DNA from: an uncultured archaeon
Lineage (GTDB): Archaea; Asgardarchaeota; Lokiarchaeia; Sigyniarchaeales; SOKP01
NCBI GenBank assembly: GCA_964508365.1
Contig: CAZDTP010000010.1
Coordinates: 1-64,000, forward strand
Direction: 5' to 3'
Length of the DNA stretch: 64,000 bases
Part shown: piece by piece, positions 49,686-60,013 of the stretch
How the letters are laid out: the number at the start of each line of letters is the position of its first letter
Position numbering within the stretch: position 1 is the stretch's first letter
Position numbers and translations under genes: made by a program
Notes under the pieces: generated by a model
Seen by the model: the letters and a program-made list of their open reading frames with translations, nothing else
Database searches by the model: none
What the model was told of the DNA's origin: nothing

Positions 49686-50837
49686 ATGAATGGAATTTGG
49701 GATGTAAAAGCTGATGTAATAAAGGAAGGAGATAACCTTAGGGATGTGTCACCTCTTATCGATAAAACTCTGAAAGACGAAATGGGTTTTATTCATTACA
49801 TCTTTAGTAAAACTGATTTTAATAATCCTTGGTACACCATACCAGAAGACGATTTCAAATTATTTGAAAACTTTATTGAAGGTGGATCTAGAGCGTATCC
49901 TTCAGATGGTAGCATCCCCTGTGATATAGTGGCGAGTGAAGCGAGAAAAGTTCTCAAGAAAATTGAACTATGTTCGCAAGATCCTAATCACCATTATTGT
50001 GAAGATGCTCGTTTAGTATTAAAAAAGGGGAAATTATCGTCAGTCAGAGGCACGTTAAAACTCTATTTAGGTAAATATACAACCCGGGATTGGAGAAGAA
50101 AAAGGTTTACAGATGACATCGATTTTTGGATGTTTCAGACTAATTTATTGGACTCTTCTTTAAAGGAGTGCAGTTTTATAAAAAATAAAGAGACAGGAGA
50201 ATGGGAAAAAACCGTAGAATGGAATAAATTTGAAACTAAAGAAAAGAGGCGTGAAACTCTTTTTGCTGCAAATAACCTTAATCAGCTACTCGATTTTGGA
50301 GCGGGTAGTTATCTCGAAGGTTCAAGTTTAAAAGAAATTTTTGATAAAAAAATTAAAAGAGGTCACGATGTAGATTTAAGCGATGTTATAAATGTAGCAA
50401 TGGTAAACAATGGTATTGAAGGTGTTCATAAAGATGAGTGGTTAGATGCATGGAATTCTTTTGAACAGGCAGCTAATACGCGAAATACTAGAACCACATC
50501 TAATTTAATAAGTATTTGCCGTTACTCCTTTGCTATTGCAGACCATCTTGAAAAAGTCGGCGAGGCTATCAGAAAGCATAAAGATCTTATTTTTGATAAA
50601 TCCAAATATTCAGACGAGAAGATAAAAAAGCTCTGCAGAATCTCTACTCATTGGGAAAAATTTTATGAAACTAACGGGGTAAATGAAGCAAGAAAGATGA
50701 TTCATGATTTTTACAATGAACAAGCAGAAGAGAAACCATTGCACTCGCAAAACCTAAGATTTCTTGCGAATAAAATACTAAAATTACTTAATTCCAAATA
50801 CGAGTATCTTAAGGTTATATTCGAAATTGAGCATTAA
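49686..50837 (+). CDS. Hypothetical protein with nucleotidyltransferase-like motifs
   Basis: VRGTLKLYL...RFTDDIDF and KIKRGHDVDLSD. Confidence 0.6.
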   Translation: MNGIWDVKADVIKEGDNLRDVSPLIDKTLKDEMGFIHYIFSKTDFNNPWYTIPEDDFKLFENFIEGGSRAYPSDGSIPCDIVASEARKVLKKIELCSQDPNHHYCEDARLVLKKGKLSSVRGTLKLYLGKYTTRDWRRKRFTDDIDFWMFQTNLLDSSLKECSFIKNKETGEWEKTVEWNKFETKEKRRETLFAANNLNQLLDFGAGSYLEGSSLKEIFDKKIKRGHDVDLSDVINVAMVNNGIEGVHKDEWLDAWNSFEQAANTRNTRTTSNLISICRYSFAIADHLEKVGEAIRKHKDLIFDKSKYSDEKIKKLCRISTHWEKFYETNGVNEARKMIHDFYNEQAEEKPLHSQNLRFLANKILKLLNSKYEYLKVIFEIEH

Positions 50838-50991
50838 TTGTCATCTTTTTATGAATTTATCCTTAAAAAAAACCTAACTATAAAATATGAAAAATAGAAT
50901 AATCAACAAAGATTATGTTAAAATCTAATTATTGTCAACCAATAAACCTAAATCTATTTAATATTTTTATTAAACCTATCATTAATTATTT

Positions 50992-52260
50992 GTGGTGTTA
51001 ATCAACCAAGGTGGAAAAAAATTGTATGATTATTTGTTAAGCGAAGAAAATATGAAATTTAGAGATGAAATTCGAGAGTTTGTAAAGAATGCGGTACCTC
51101 CTTCTTTATTAAAAAAAATGGATAAAGATGAAGTACAATACCCAAGTGAATGGTTACTTGCTCTAGCCCGACAAAATTTAATAGGTATCAGGTTTCCAAA
51201 AGAATATGGAGGTCGTGGATTGAATTGGGAAAGTGAAATAATTGCTCAAGAAGAAATAGGTGTATTAGGAAGTTCTCTAGCTTGTTTATTTTCATTACCA
51301 AGCATCTGTGGAGAGGCTATTAATAAATTTGGTACCGAAGAACAAAAACTTAACTACCTTAAACCCATGTGTGAGGGCAAAAAATTTACAGCTGAAGCAC
51401 TAACTGAACCAAGAGGCGGGTCTGATTTTTTTGGAGCTACATCCACAGCTGTAAAAGAAGGAGATTATTATATATTAAACGGAGAAAAGCGATTCGTTGT
51501 TGGAGCTGAAGGTGCTGATTTCTTTTTGGTTTACGCTAAAACCAATACTAAAGCCCCTACTCGCGATTCTTTAAGCTTATTTATTGTTGATAAAAGTGAT
51601 GCAGTAGATGCTGCATATATTTACGGTTTATTAGGCACTAGGGGCGGTGGAGCAGGTAGGATAGTTTTTAAAGACGCAGAAGTCCCTAAGGAGAATTTAA
51701 TTCTGAAGGAAGGAGATGGGGGTAAAATATTTTACCACATGATGGTTCCAGAACGATTAACTACAGCGTCTGGTTTTCTTGGATTGGCACGTGCTTGTTT
51801 TCAAATAGCAACCAAATATAGCACAAAAAGAAAAGCATTTGGACAGATTATAAAGAATTTTCAAGCTGTTCACTTCATGATAGCGGATTGTATTACTTAT
51901 TTAGATGCAACAAGAGCAATTGTATTTAATACAGCGAAATCTATAGATGCAGGAGCGCCACCCGCTCTTCAAAGAAGATTAGTTTCTGAATCCAAAAAAT
52001 TTTCAACTAAAGCATGCTGGAAAGTTATTAACAAATCAATGCAAATAATGGGTGGTATCGGATATACAACCGTGTATCCAATAGAACGCCTTTTGAGAGA
52101 CGCTCGTATAGGAGAGATTTGGACCGGAACTACAGAAATAATGAATTTAATTATCCAACACGAGTATTACAAGGAAATTTTAAGCGAAAAATGGATTGGT
52201 CGCGATGTGGAACTAGACGCTATAGACGCTGAACACGAGGAAGAAAAACACTACGGATAA
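50992..52260 (+). CDS. Acyl-CoA dehydrogenase (start probably TTG 51022)
   Basis: FPKEYGG.G, ALTEPRGGSD, LNGEKRF, RKAFGQ.I..FQAV, QIMGGIGY, RDARIGEIWTGTTEI. Confidence 0.94.
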   Translation: MVLINQGGKKLYDYLLSEENMKFRDEIREFVKNAVPPSLLKKMDKDEVQYPSEWLLALARQNLIGIRFPKEYGGRGLNWESEIIAQEEIGVLGSSLACLFSLPSICGEAINKFGTEEQKLNYLKPMCEGKKFTAEALTEPRGGSDFFGATSTAVKEGDYYILNGEKRFVVGAEGADFFLVYAKTNTKAPTRDSLSLFIVDKSDAVDAAYIYGLLGTRGGGAGRIVFKDAEVPKENLILKEGDGGKIFYHMMVPERLTTASGFLGLARACFQIATKYSTKRKAFGQIIKNFQAVHFMIADCITYLDATRAIVFNTAKSIDAGAPPALQRRLVSESKKFSTKACWKVINKSMQIMGGIGYTTVYPIERLLRDARIGEIWTGTTEIMNLIIQHEYYKEILSEKWIGRDVELDAIDAEHEEEKHYG

Positions 52261-52284
52261 GAAGGATGATATTTAAACAATACC

Positions 52285-52545
52285 TCATTCTATCTGTTCT
52301 ACTTTTGAATAGTCAACAGTAATAGTATTCTTTGTCTCGATTATCTCTCCGAATATCAACACTTTTTTATTTAAAAATCTATGCAATTCAGGATCTTTTT
52401 CCCACATATGAGTTTTTTTCCTAACAACTATTTCTGACCATCTGTCTTTGTCATGATCCAATGGTTTAATGAAATATTCAGGTCCTTCTGATAGTGTTCC
52501 CTTTCCCTTTATAATGGCAAAAAGAGTTCCTCTAATTTCATTCAT
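52285..52545 (-). CDS. Small hypothetical protein
   Basis: 86-codon ORF with ATG and protein-like composition. Confidence 0.6.
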   Translation of the reverse strand: MNEIRGTLFAIIKGKGTLSEGPEYFIKPLDHDKDRWSEIVVRKKTHMWEKDPELHRFLNKKVLIFGEIIETKNTITVDYSKVEQIE

Positions 52546-52629
52546 AGTTTAAATAATTCTATTATATTTTATTATTACAAGTTAAGTAAAAAAAGTTAGC
52601 AATGCGATAAGCGAATAACAAAAGAGATT

Positions 52630-54099
52630 TTAGCTCTTCTTGAATTCTTTGAATAAACTTCTCACTTTTAAGAAAGAATTGATCAATGTTAACAATCTTC
52701 TAGGGTTCAAAATAAATAACAATCCTCGAGTTTTAATTAGACGATGACCTAAATCTTTCAAGTTATTAATATATTTTAATTCTCTAAAAGAGAAATATAA
52801 GAGTTCATATAATTGTTTTGGACTTAATTGATGAGTTCTAATAACAGGATAAAAAACTGTATATTTAGACCAATCTTTAGATATTATTAATCCTTGCTCA
52901 TCCAGTTCTTTAAAAGTATCGCTTCCGGGAAATGGAGTTAATAACACAAAACTCACTATATCTACATCCACAGTTTTCATAAATTTAATTTCTTTAATAA
53001 CTTCTTTTTCTGTTTCTTTTAAATCAATCCCAATTATCAAATTCCCAATTACAATTATATTATTTTCATGTAAAATTTTAAGCCCTTCAATTACTTTTTT
53101 AAATTCAAATCCCTTTCTCATTTCTTTAAGAGATTCTTCATTTACACTTTCAATCCCTATAAAAACCACCCAAAATCCTGCTTTTCTCATCTTTTTTACC
53201 ATTTGAGGTGCGTTTATAATAGAATCGACTCTTATCTGCGCAAAAAATTTAAAATCATTAATTTCTTTTTTTTGTTTACATTCAATTATTTTATCACATA
53301 AATTTTCAATTCTTGTAGTATTCACAGTTAGATTATCATCTACAAAAAAAATATCTGTAATTTTTCTATTCTGTGAGATAATCTTTAATTCTTTTATTAT
53401 TTTTTCAACAGGACGCGATCTCCATAAATTTTTATTGAAAACATGAGTAGTACAAAATTTACAAGTATAAGGACAACCTCTAGAGGTTTCCACTGTTTCT
53501 AATCTTACTGTAAACATTTTATATTTATTATTTTTTGTGAGTTCTCTTGCGGGAAATCTAATGTTTTCAAAATCTTTTATTAATGGTCTATCAGGATTAT
53601 GAATTACTTTCCCATTAGATTTATACGAAATCCCTTTTACACTTTTAGGGGTACCCTTAATGATTAATTCTCTAAATGTTAACTCTCCTTCGCCCCTTAC
53701 TAGTATATCAACTTCATTAATATTTATTGTTGAATCTGGTTCGAATGTAGGGTGTCTCCCACCAAATACTACAGTACAATTTGGATTAACTTCTTTTACA
53801 ATTTTTGCAATATTATTTGAGTTCTTTAATGCGGCAGATACAAAAACTGAAATACCAACAATATCTGGATTAAATTTTTCAATTTTTTTCTTAATCTGAC
53901 TAAATGTTAAGTTTTTCACTTTTGTATCAAGAATTTCTACATTTACATTTAAATCAGTCAAATAACTAGCTATATAAGTCAGATTAATTGGAGGAAAATC
54001 CATATTATAATAGTCCCAGCCAGTGGTTCTATAATTTGGTTTAATTAATAGTACTTTTTTCCAAGTAAAATCATGATTTTTTGAAATTTGATAATCCAT
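52630..54099 (-). CDS. B12-binding-domain radical SAM protein
   Basis: GGRHPT, RGEGE, SRGCPYTCKFC, FVDDN, GIES, TPFPGS. Confidence 0.92.
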   Translation of the reverse strand: MDYQISKNHDFTWKKVLLIKPNYRTTGWDYYNMDFPPINLTYIASYLTDLNVNVEILDTKVKNLTFSQIKKKIEKFNPDIVGISVFVSAALKNSNNIAKIVKEVNPNCTVVFGGRHPTFEPDSTININEVDILVRGEGELTFRELIIKGTPKSVKGISYKSNGKVIHNPDRPLIKDFENIRFPARELTKNNKYKMFTVRLETVETSRGCPYTCKFCTTHVFNKNLWRSRPVEKIIKELKIISQNRKITDIFFVDDNLTVNTTRIENLCDKIIECKQKKEINDFKFFAQIRVDSIINAPQMVKKMRKAGFWVVFIGIESVNEESLKEMRKGFEFKKVIEGLKILHENNIIVIGNLIIGIDLKETEKEVIKEIKFMKTVDVDIVSFVLLTPFPGSDTFKELDEQGLIISKDWSKYTVFYPVIRTHQLSPKQLYELLYFSFRELKYINNLKDLGHRLIKTRGLLFILNPRRLLTLINSFLKVRSLFKEFKKS

Positions 54100-54103
54100 T
54101 TCT

Positions 54104-55645
54104 TTAGATCCTATAGTTTTTTATAGCATTTTTTAGATCTTTCATTTGGTTTAAATTTCCTGTTTTTATTTGGTTTACATCTTTCTTTTTTAATCCACTC
54201 AAATTATTTATAACAATTTTTTTCCATTTAAAATATGAATTGAATGCTCGATAAACTCTAAAAGGATTGATAACATAGAAAATTCCTCTTGATCTAACAG
54301 TTCTACGGAGTAAATAATATTTATTTCTCGTATTTCCTCCATAATACCCAATTGAATAAAAACCAAGAAATAATAGTTTTTTAAGAATTTCTTGGCTAAG
54401 ATTTAGGGTTTTTATCACAGGGTTAAGCCAATTAAATTTACTATATTCTTCTGTTAAAAGTAGATCTTTTTCTTTAATTTCATCGTAAAATCTAGTTGAT
54501 GGGAATGGAGTTAACAATGTAAAACTTGGTAAATCTAAGTTTAACTCTCCTGTTTTATAAATTGTTATAAGAACATCATCTACAGAATCGTTTAGGTTAG
54601 TTCCGATAATAACATTTCCCATTACTGTTATTTCGTTTTCATGTAAAACCTTTATACCCTCTTTAATTTGATTTATATTACACCCTTTAGCCACTGCTTT
54701 GAGTCCCTTGTCATCAGTTGCTTCGACGCCTACAAGAACAAGCCAAAAACCTGCTTCAGCCATTAACTTAACTACTTTAGGGTGTCTCGCCATTGAATCT
54801 AATCGTCCTTGAAAGAAAAAAAATAAATTTTTTCGTATTCTTCCCATTCTCTTGCCTTTTATAATTTCAAAGCATAATCTTCCAATACGTGTCATATTAA
54901 CAAGAAAATTATCATCTACAACAAAAATATCACTAATTTTTTTATTTTTAGAAATTATTTCTAATTCATTTATAACATTTTCAACTGATCTAGATCTCCA
55001 TGTTTGATTATAGACCACATTAGTACTACAGAATTTGCATGCTTGTGGGCACCCACGAGAAGTCTCAATCGCGTCAATATTCATATTAAATATTTTGTAT
55101 TTATAATTTCTTACCAAATGGCGAGACGGAAGCCTTAACTCATCCAAGTTTTCTAAAAATGGTCTATCTGGATTATGTATTAATTTTCCATTCATTTTAT
55201 AGGATAGACCACGTATATTTAGTGGAGACCCCTTTTCAATTAATTCACGGAAAGTAAATTCACCCTCACCTCTAACCAAAATATCTATCCATGGAGAAGA
55301 CAAAGTTTGCTCAATAGCTAATGTTGGATGCCACCCCCCAATAACAGTTGTAGAGCCATATAATTTAGCAATTTTTGCATGTTGTAAAACAGTATCAATG
55401 GCACTTGTAACTGGAACTGTTAATCCTACTAAATCTGGTTGATAATTTTCAATTTCCTTCTTAACTTGAGAAAAATTTAATTTAGCAGCTTTTGAATCTA
55501 ATATTCTCACTTCTACTAAATCTTCTATATAAGCCGCAATATATTCAAAGGCTAGAGGAGGGAAGGCAGAATCATAAAAATCATAACCAGTTGTCTTATA
55601 ATTTGCAACTAATAATAAAATTTTCTTCCATTTCATAATTTTCAT
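54104..55645 (-). CDS. B12-binding-domain radical SAM protein (tandem paralog)
   Basis: GGWHPT, RGEGE, SRGCPQACKFC, VVDDN, GVEA, TPFPST. Confidence 0.92.
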   Translation of the reverse strand: MKIMKWKKILLLVANYKTTGYDFYDSAFPPLAFEYIAAYIEDLVEVRILDSKAAKLNFSQVKKEIENYQPDLVGLTVPVTSAIDTVLQHAKIAKLYGSTTVIGGWHPTLAIEQTLSSPWIDILVRGEGEFTFRELIEKGSPLNIRGLSYKMNGKLIHNPDRPFLENLDELRLPSRHLVRNYKYKIFNMNIDAIETSRGCPQACKFCSTNVVYNQTWRSRSVENVINELEIISKNKKISDIFVVDDNFLVNMTRIGRLCFEIIKGKRMGRIRKNLFFFFQGRLDSMARHPKVVKLMAEAGFWLVLVGVEATDDKGLKAVAKGCNINQIKEGIKVLHENEITVMGNVIIGTNLNDSVDDVLITIYKTGELNLDLPSFTLLTPFPSTRFYDEIKEKDLLLTEEYSKFNWLNPVIKTLNLSQEILKKLLFLGFYSIGYYGGNTRNKYYLLRRTVRSRGIFYVINPFRVYRAFNSYFKWKKIVINNLSGLKKKDVNQIKTGNLNQMKDLKNAIKNYRI

Positions 55646-55797
55646 TTAATTTAGATTAATATTTAACTTCTAAGAAAATTTCGCTTTTATTTTACATGAG
55701 ATTATATTTATATTATCAAGAAACTAAATACAAAAACATTGGGTTTGAAAAATTCCTTTTTTATACTAAAAATATATAAAAAAAGAAACTCACTTAT

Positions 55798-56946
55798 TTA
55801 TTTCTGTTTTGATAGATATCTAATTTTCACTAAAAGGTCTCGTAATTCCATTTTATCACTATCCGAGGTAATATATTTCTTTTTTACACCTTCTGAAAGT
55901 GGTATCGTTTCAATTTTATTCCCCTGAAGCGAAACCATATTCCCAAATTTACCTTCCAAAACAAGATTCATAGCTGCTAATCCAAATCTCAATCCTAAAA
56001 TTCTATCGAAGGAGTTAGGAGTTCCTGCTCGCATTGTGTGTCCCAAGACTACGCTTCTACACTCAAAATCCACTTCATTTTTCTGAAATTCCTCTTTCAA
56101 ATCTTCTCTTAAATTGAGTTCGTCAACAATTATTTTGGATATATTCAATTTTACAAGTAAAGGGTTTCCATATGTATCTTTAGGTAATTTATCTATCGTT
56201 TCTTCTGATATTGTTTTAAAATCCTTTTTTAACGACTCAGAATTTGGATAAGCTCCTTCTGAGGTGGCAATTATGTGATATTTGTACCCAGCATTAACTC
56301 TTTTTTTAAGCACATCAATAACATCCTTTTCTAAACTAAACGGTGATTCAGGAACTAATATTATATCGGCACCAGCAGAAATCCCACTATACAATGTAAG
56401 AAATCCTGCGTCTCTTCCCATAACTTCTACTACAAATACCCTTTGATGAGATCTTGCGGTAGTAGTTAAATTATCCATTGCGTTTGAAGCTAGTTGTACC
56501 GCACTCCAAAACCCAAATGTGTAATGCGTTCCCGCTAGATCGTTGTCGATCGTTTTTGGACATCCTATTACATTTGCCTTTGCGTATTTACACATAGCAT
56601 CAGCAACACTCAAAGTGTCATCACCCCCAATTGCGATTAACGCATCAATACCTAATTCATCTAATTTATTTACCAAATCCTTAGCAACTTCTTTTTTAGA
56701 TTCTACTCCCTTGAAAGGATTAGTTCTGCTTGTGTACAAAATTGTACCTCCTATTGTATGTAAATCATCATGCTCTGCTATGTTAAGAGGGATTGTTAGA
56801 TTTTCTATAAGACCTTTCCAACCTTTGAGGATTCCAACGCATTCTATGCCTGCATCGTAAGCTTTTAACATAATTCCGTAAATAACTGAGTTTAAACCTG
56901 GGCAATCACCGCCTCCTGTGAGGATTCCAATTTTCTTAATTGTCAT
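55798..56946 (-). CDS. pfp: PfkA-family 6-phosphofructokinase, probably PPi-dependent
   Basis: TGGGDCPGLN, GGDDT (Asp at the phosphoryl-donor position), PKTIDND, VEVMGR. Confidence 0.85.
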   Translation of the reverse strand: MTIKKIGILTGGGDCPGLNSVIYGIMLKAYDAGIECVGILKGWKGLIENLTIPLNIAEHDDLHTIGGTILYTSRTNPFKGVESKKEVAKDLVNKLDELGIDALIAIGGDDTLSVADAMCKYAKANVIGCPKTIDNDLAGTHYTFGFWSAVQLASNAMDNLTTTARSHQRVFVVEVMGRDAGFLTLYSGISAGADIILVPESPFSLEKDVIDVLKKRVNAGYKYHIIATSEGAYPNSESLKKDFKTISEETIDKLPKDTYGNPLLVKLNISKIIVDELNLREDLKEEFQKNEVDFECRSVVLGHTMRAGTPNSFDRILGLRFGLAAMNLVLEGKFGNMVSLQGNKIETIPLSEGVKKKYITSDSDKMELRDLLVKIRYLSKQK

Positions 56947-57023
56947 TTGATTTCACACTTTCTTTAATCTATATTTTAGATTTTATATCTATATAGAAAT
57001 TATGATAATTTTATTTATTACTT

Positions 57024-57593
57024 TTAATTTAATTCTTTATTTTCAACTTTTTCAAACGAGTATTTTGATTCATCTTCAGGAATGATATAACTTCCTCCTC
57101 CTGTGTCAGTAATAATTAAAGTAAATGCAAATTCTCCCTTTAACGCCTTATGTAGATCATGTAAAATTTTATCAATTTCTTCTATTTGAACATCGTCCTT
57201 TTCGAGATTCTTGCGATAAATTAAAACGGCATTCTCAAATCGGTATAATATTCCCTCAACATTGGTGTAATAAAAATCGGCGTTTGGACCAGGCACTACA
57301 AATAATTCCAACTCCGGAATTTCTAATTTTCCAACGGGGGAACGATAGATTTTTGAATTTAAATCTTTTTCATTTGAAACTCTTAATGTCATTATTCCTG
57401 GAGTATTGTTGGTAGTCAAAGGAATTATATCATTGTTAGTAAAATTACAAACGTTACATTCGAATTTAATAATTAACATTTTATCTCCGTCAGGTACGTC
57501 ATAAGTTGTTTTATGAATTTTTATTTTACCCTTTTTACATGAAGGACATTTGAATGAAAATTCTTCTTCCTCATTTTTTGATTTTTCTGACAA
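57024..57593 (-). CDS. ZPR1-type zinc finger protein
   Basis: CPSC...CNVC, PELE...PGP, TNVEG, ITD..G.SYI. Confidence 0.88.
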   Translation of the reverse strand: MSEKSKNEEEEFSFKCPSCKKGKIKIHKTTYDVPDGDKMLIIKFECNVCNFTNNDIIPLTTNNTPGIMTLRVSNEKDLNSKIYRSPVGKLEIPELELFVVPGPNADFYYTNVEGILYRFENAVLIYRKNLEKDDVQIEEIDKILHDLHKALKGEFAFTLIITDTGGGSYIIPEDESKYSFEKVENKELN

Positions 57594-57752
57594 AATTAAT
57601 CACATTCTACATTACTAGATTTTAGGTAATCGTTATAATTAATTTTCAATAATTTCAGTGGCTAACTTATAAATTTTATCCAGAAATTTTTAATTTATTG
57701 CTAGTTACTTTACCTTAGTAGTTCTATTTAAGATAATTTTATAAGTTATCCA

Positions 57753-57777
57753 AAAACAATAACAATATTATTGTTTT
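57753..57777. promoter_or_regulatory. Perfect 10-bp inverted repeat in the divergent ZPR1/por intergenic region (possible operator)
   Basis: AAAACAATAA-caata-TTATTGTTTT, about 56 nt upstream of the porG start. Confidence 0.45.
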
Positions 57778-57833
57778 ACGGCTTGTGTAATAATCAAAAT
57801 TATAAGATCGAATAAATTGAAGGTTGGAAAAAA

Positions 57834-58418
57834 TTGACAGATAATGGTAAAATAGAAATTACCTTTCACGGTCGAGGAGGACAAACCGCTATAACTGCTA
57901 GTCAACTTCTAGCTCAATTGGCTTACGAAGAAAGTTTTAAAGACGCAATTGCGATACCTATTATTGGAGCAGAGAGGAGAGGGGCACCTATTCAAGCATT
58001 TACTAAATTATCAAGGAACAAAACGATAAAAACTTACGATAGTGTAGTAAATCCCGATTACATTTTAATTTTTGACCCCTCACTATTAAATATTCCTAGA
58101 GTTTTGGAGACGATAAAAAGTGGAGTCACATTATTAATTAATACAAAAAATCCGATTGATACTTGTGAATTTCCCGAAAACATAAAAATTTATATTGTTG
58201 ATGCTACAGGAATCTGTATAAAATTAGGATTTATGCATTCGAGTGGACCTATTTTGAACATTCCAATGCTGGGGGCATTTGGACAATTAACTGGCTTTTA
58301 TAATTTAGACACTATGAAAAAAGTGATCTATAGCGAATATGGAGAAGCTAGGGGTAAGAAAAATTTAGAAGTTGCTGTCGAAGCTTACAATAGTGTTAAG
58401 GAGGTTGAATTTGAATGA
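57834..58418 (+). CDS. porG: 2-oxoacid:ferredoxin oxidoreductase gamma subunit
   Basis: HGRGGQ, GAERRGAP, PD, DAT..C, NIPMLGA. Confidence 0.9.
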   Translation: MTDNGKIEITFHGRGGQTAITASQLLAQLAYEESFKDAIAIPIIGAERRGAPIQAFTKLSRNKTIKTYDSVVNPDYILIFDPSLLNIPRVLETIKSGVTLLINTKNPIDTCEFPENIKIYIVDATGICIKLGFMHSSGPILNIPMLGAFGQLTGFYNLDTMKKVIYSEYGEARGKKNLEVAVEAYNSVKEVEFE

Positions 58419-58753
58419 ATAAGGTGAAATGGAAGAATATATGCGAAGACAAAGATAAGCGACCTGAAGTTCAAGAATATAAAAATTGGAAAGACCTACC
58501 TCCAATCCCAATATCCTTTCCTATTAAAGGAAGTATAGGAACCACAGGAGATTGGAGAACGTTTAAACCTGTTATAGATCGGGATACTTGTACTAAATGT
58601 GGTATTTGCTGGATGTATTGCCCCGAAGGTACAATAATCAGAAATAAAGAAGGAGAATTTGAAGTTGATTATGTATATTGTAAAGGTTGTGGTATATGCG
58701 CTAAAGAATGTCCCACAAAAAGTATAGAAATGGTTAGAGAGAGTGAAGTTTAA
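58415..58753 (+). CDS. porD: 2-oxoacid:ferredoxin oxidoreductase delta subunit (2x4Fe-4S)
   Basis: TGDWRTFKP, CTKCGICWMYCP, CKGCGICAKECP. Confidence 0.93.
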   Translation: MNKVKWKNICEDKDKRPEVQEYKNWKDLPPIPISFPIKGSIGTTGDWRTFKPVIDRDTCTKCGICWMYCPEGTIIRNKEGEFEVDYVYCKGCGICAKECPTKSIEMVRESEV

Positions 58754-60011
58754 TATGGTTGAAGCAAAAGAAGATTTTACACAGGAAAGAGAAACTAAAA
58801 TAATTAAGGGAAATGTAGCAGCAGCTTACGGAGCGAAATCAGCACGAGTCCAAGTGATAAGTGCTTATCCTATTACCCCACAAACAACTGTGGTAGAAAA
58901 ACTATCAGAGTTTGCTGATAACGGTGAGATGCCTGGGACTCAATATCTTAAATTCGAGTCAGAACACTCTGTGATGGCTGCTACTATTGGTGCAAGCACT
59001 GCAGGGACTCGTACTTTCACTGCTACTTCTGGACAAGGATTATTTTACATGTATGAAATGGTTCATTGGGCCGCAGGCGCTCGTTTACCTATAGTAACAA
59101 CAATTGCTTCGAGAGGACCTGCCCCTCCATGGAACATTTGGGCAGATTTCACAGATATAATAAGTTGTAGAGATACTGGTTGGATGATTTCATTTGCATC
59201 GAGTCATCAAGAGATTTATGACGACATTTTAATGTCATATAAAATTAGCGAAGATCACGAAATTTTATTGCCTAAATTCGTAGCTTATGGTGGATTTACA
59301 TTATCTCACACATCTAAACCTGTAACTCTAGAGGATCAAGATGCTGTAGATGATTTTTTACCACCACTTCCAGATGAGAGAGGATGGCCCCATATTTTTC
59401 TCGATCCTGAAAGACCAATGATGCACGGGAATCTAATCATGCCATCTGGTTTCTACAATGAATTTAGATTAAAAATTCACTATGCTCATACTATAGCAAA
59501 GCAAAAAATCAAGGATGTTACCACAGAATTCGAGAAAAAATTTGGCAGATCTTATGGAAATGGATTAATTGAAGAATATAAAATGAAAGATGCGGAAGTT
59601 GCTATACTTAACTATGGTGAACTTGCCATGCAGATGGAAGAAGCCGTCGATGATCTTAGGAATGAAGGCTATAAAGTGGGATGTGTAAAATTAAGATATT
59701 TACGACCATTTCCAGTTGAAGATATAATACATATTGCTAATAAAGTTAAGGTTCTTGGCGTAGCTGACAGAGCTACTGCATTTGGATCTCCGACTGGGGG
59801 GCCCGTAAGTAGTGAAGTGAAAGCTGTTTTATATGGTTCTGGAGCATCGACAAAAATCTTACCTATTGTAATGGGTTTAGGTGGTAGAGAAGTTGGATTA
59901 GAACAACAAAAAAATCAATTAAAAGTATTGACTAAATTAAATGAAACTGGAGAGTTTCCAAAAGATATGATTGAAGGAACTTTCTGGGATGGATTATTGG
60001 AGCTCGATTAA
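58743..60011 (+). CDS. porA: 2-oxoacid:ferredoxin oxidoreductase alpha subunit (start probably ATG 58755)
   Basis: AYPITPQT, ESEHS, TATSGQG, SHT, RPFP, GLGGR. Confidence 0.93.
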   Translation: MKFNMVEAKEDFTQERETKIIKGNVAAAYGAKSARVQVISAYPITPQTTVVEKLSEFADNGEMPGTQYLKFESEHSVMAATIGASTAGTRTFTATSGQGLFYMYEMVHWAAGARLPIVTTIASRGPAPPWNIWADFTDIISCRDTGWMISFASSHQEIYDDILMSYKISEDHEILLPKFVAYGGFTLSHTSKPVTLEDQDAVDDFLPPLPDERGWPHIFLDPERPMMHGNLIMPSGFYNEFRLKIHYAHTIAKQKIKDVTTEFEKKFGRSYGNGLIEEYKMKDAEVAILNYGELAMQMEEAVDDLRNEGYKVGCVKLRYLRPFPVEDIIHIANKVKVLGVADRATAFGSPTGGPVSSEVKAVLYGSGASTKILPIVMGLGGREVGLEQQKNQLKVLTKLNETGEFPKDMIEGTFWDGLLELD

Positions 60012-60013
60012 AT

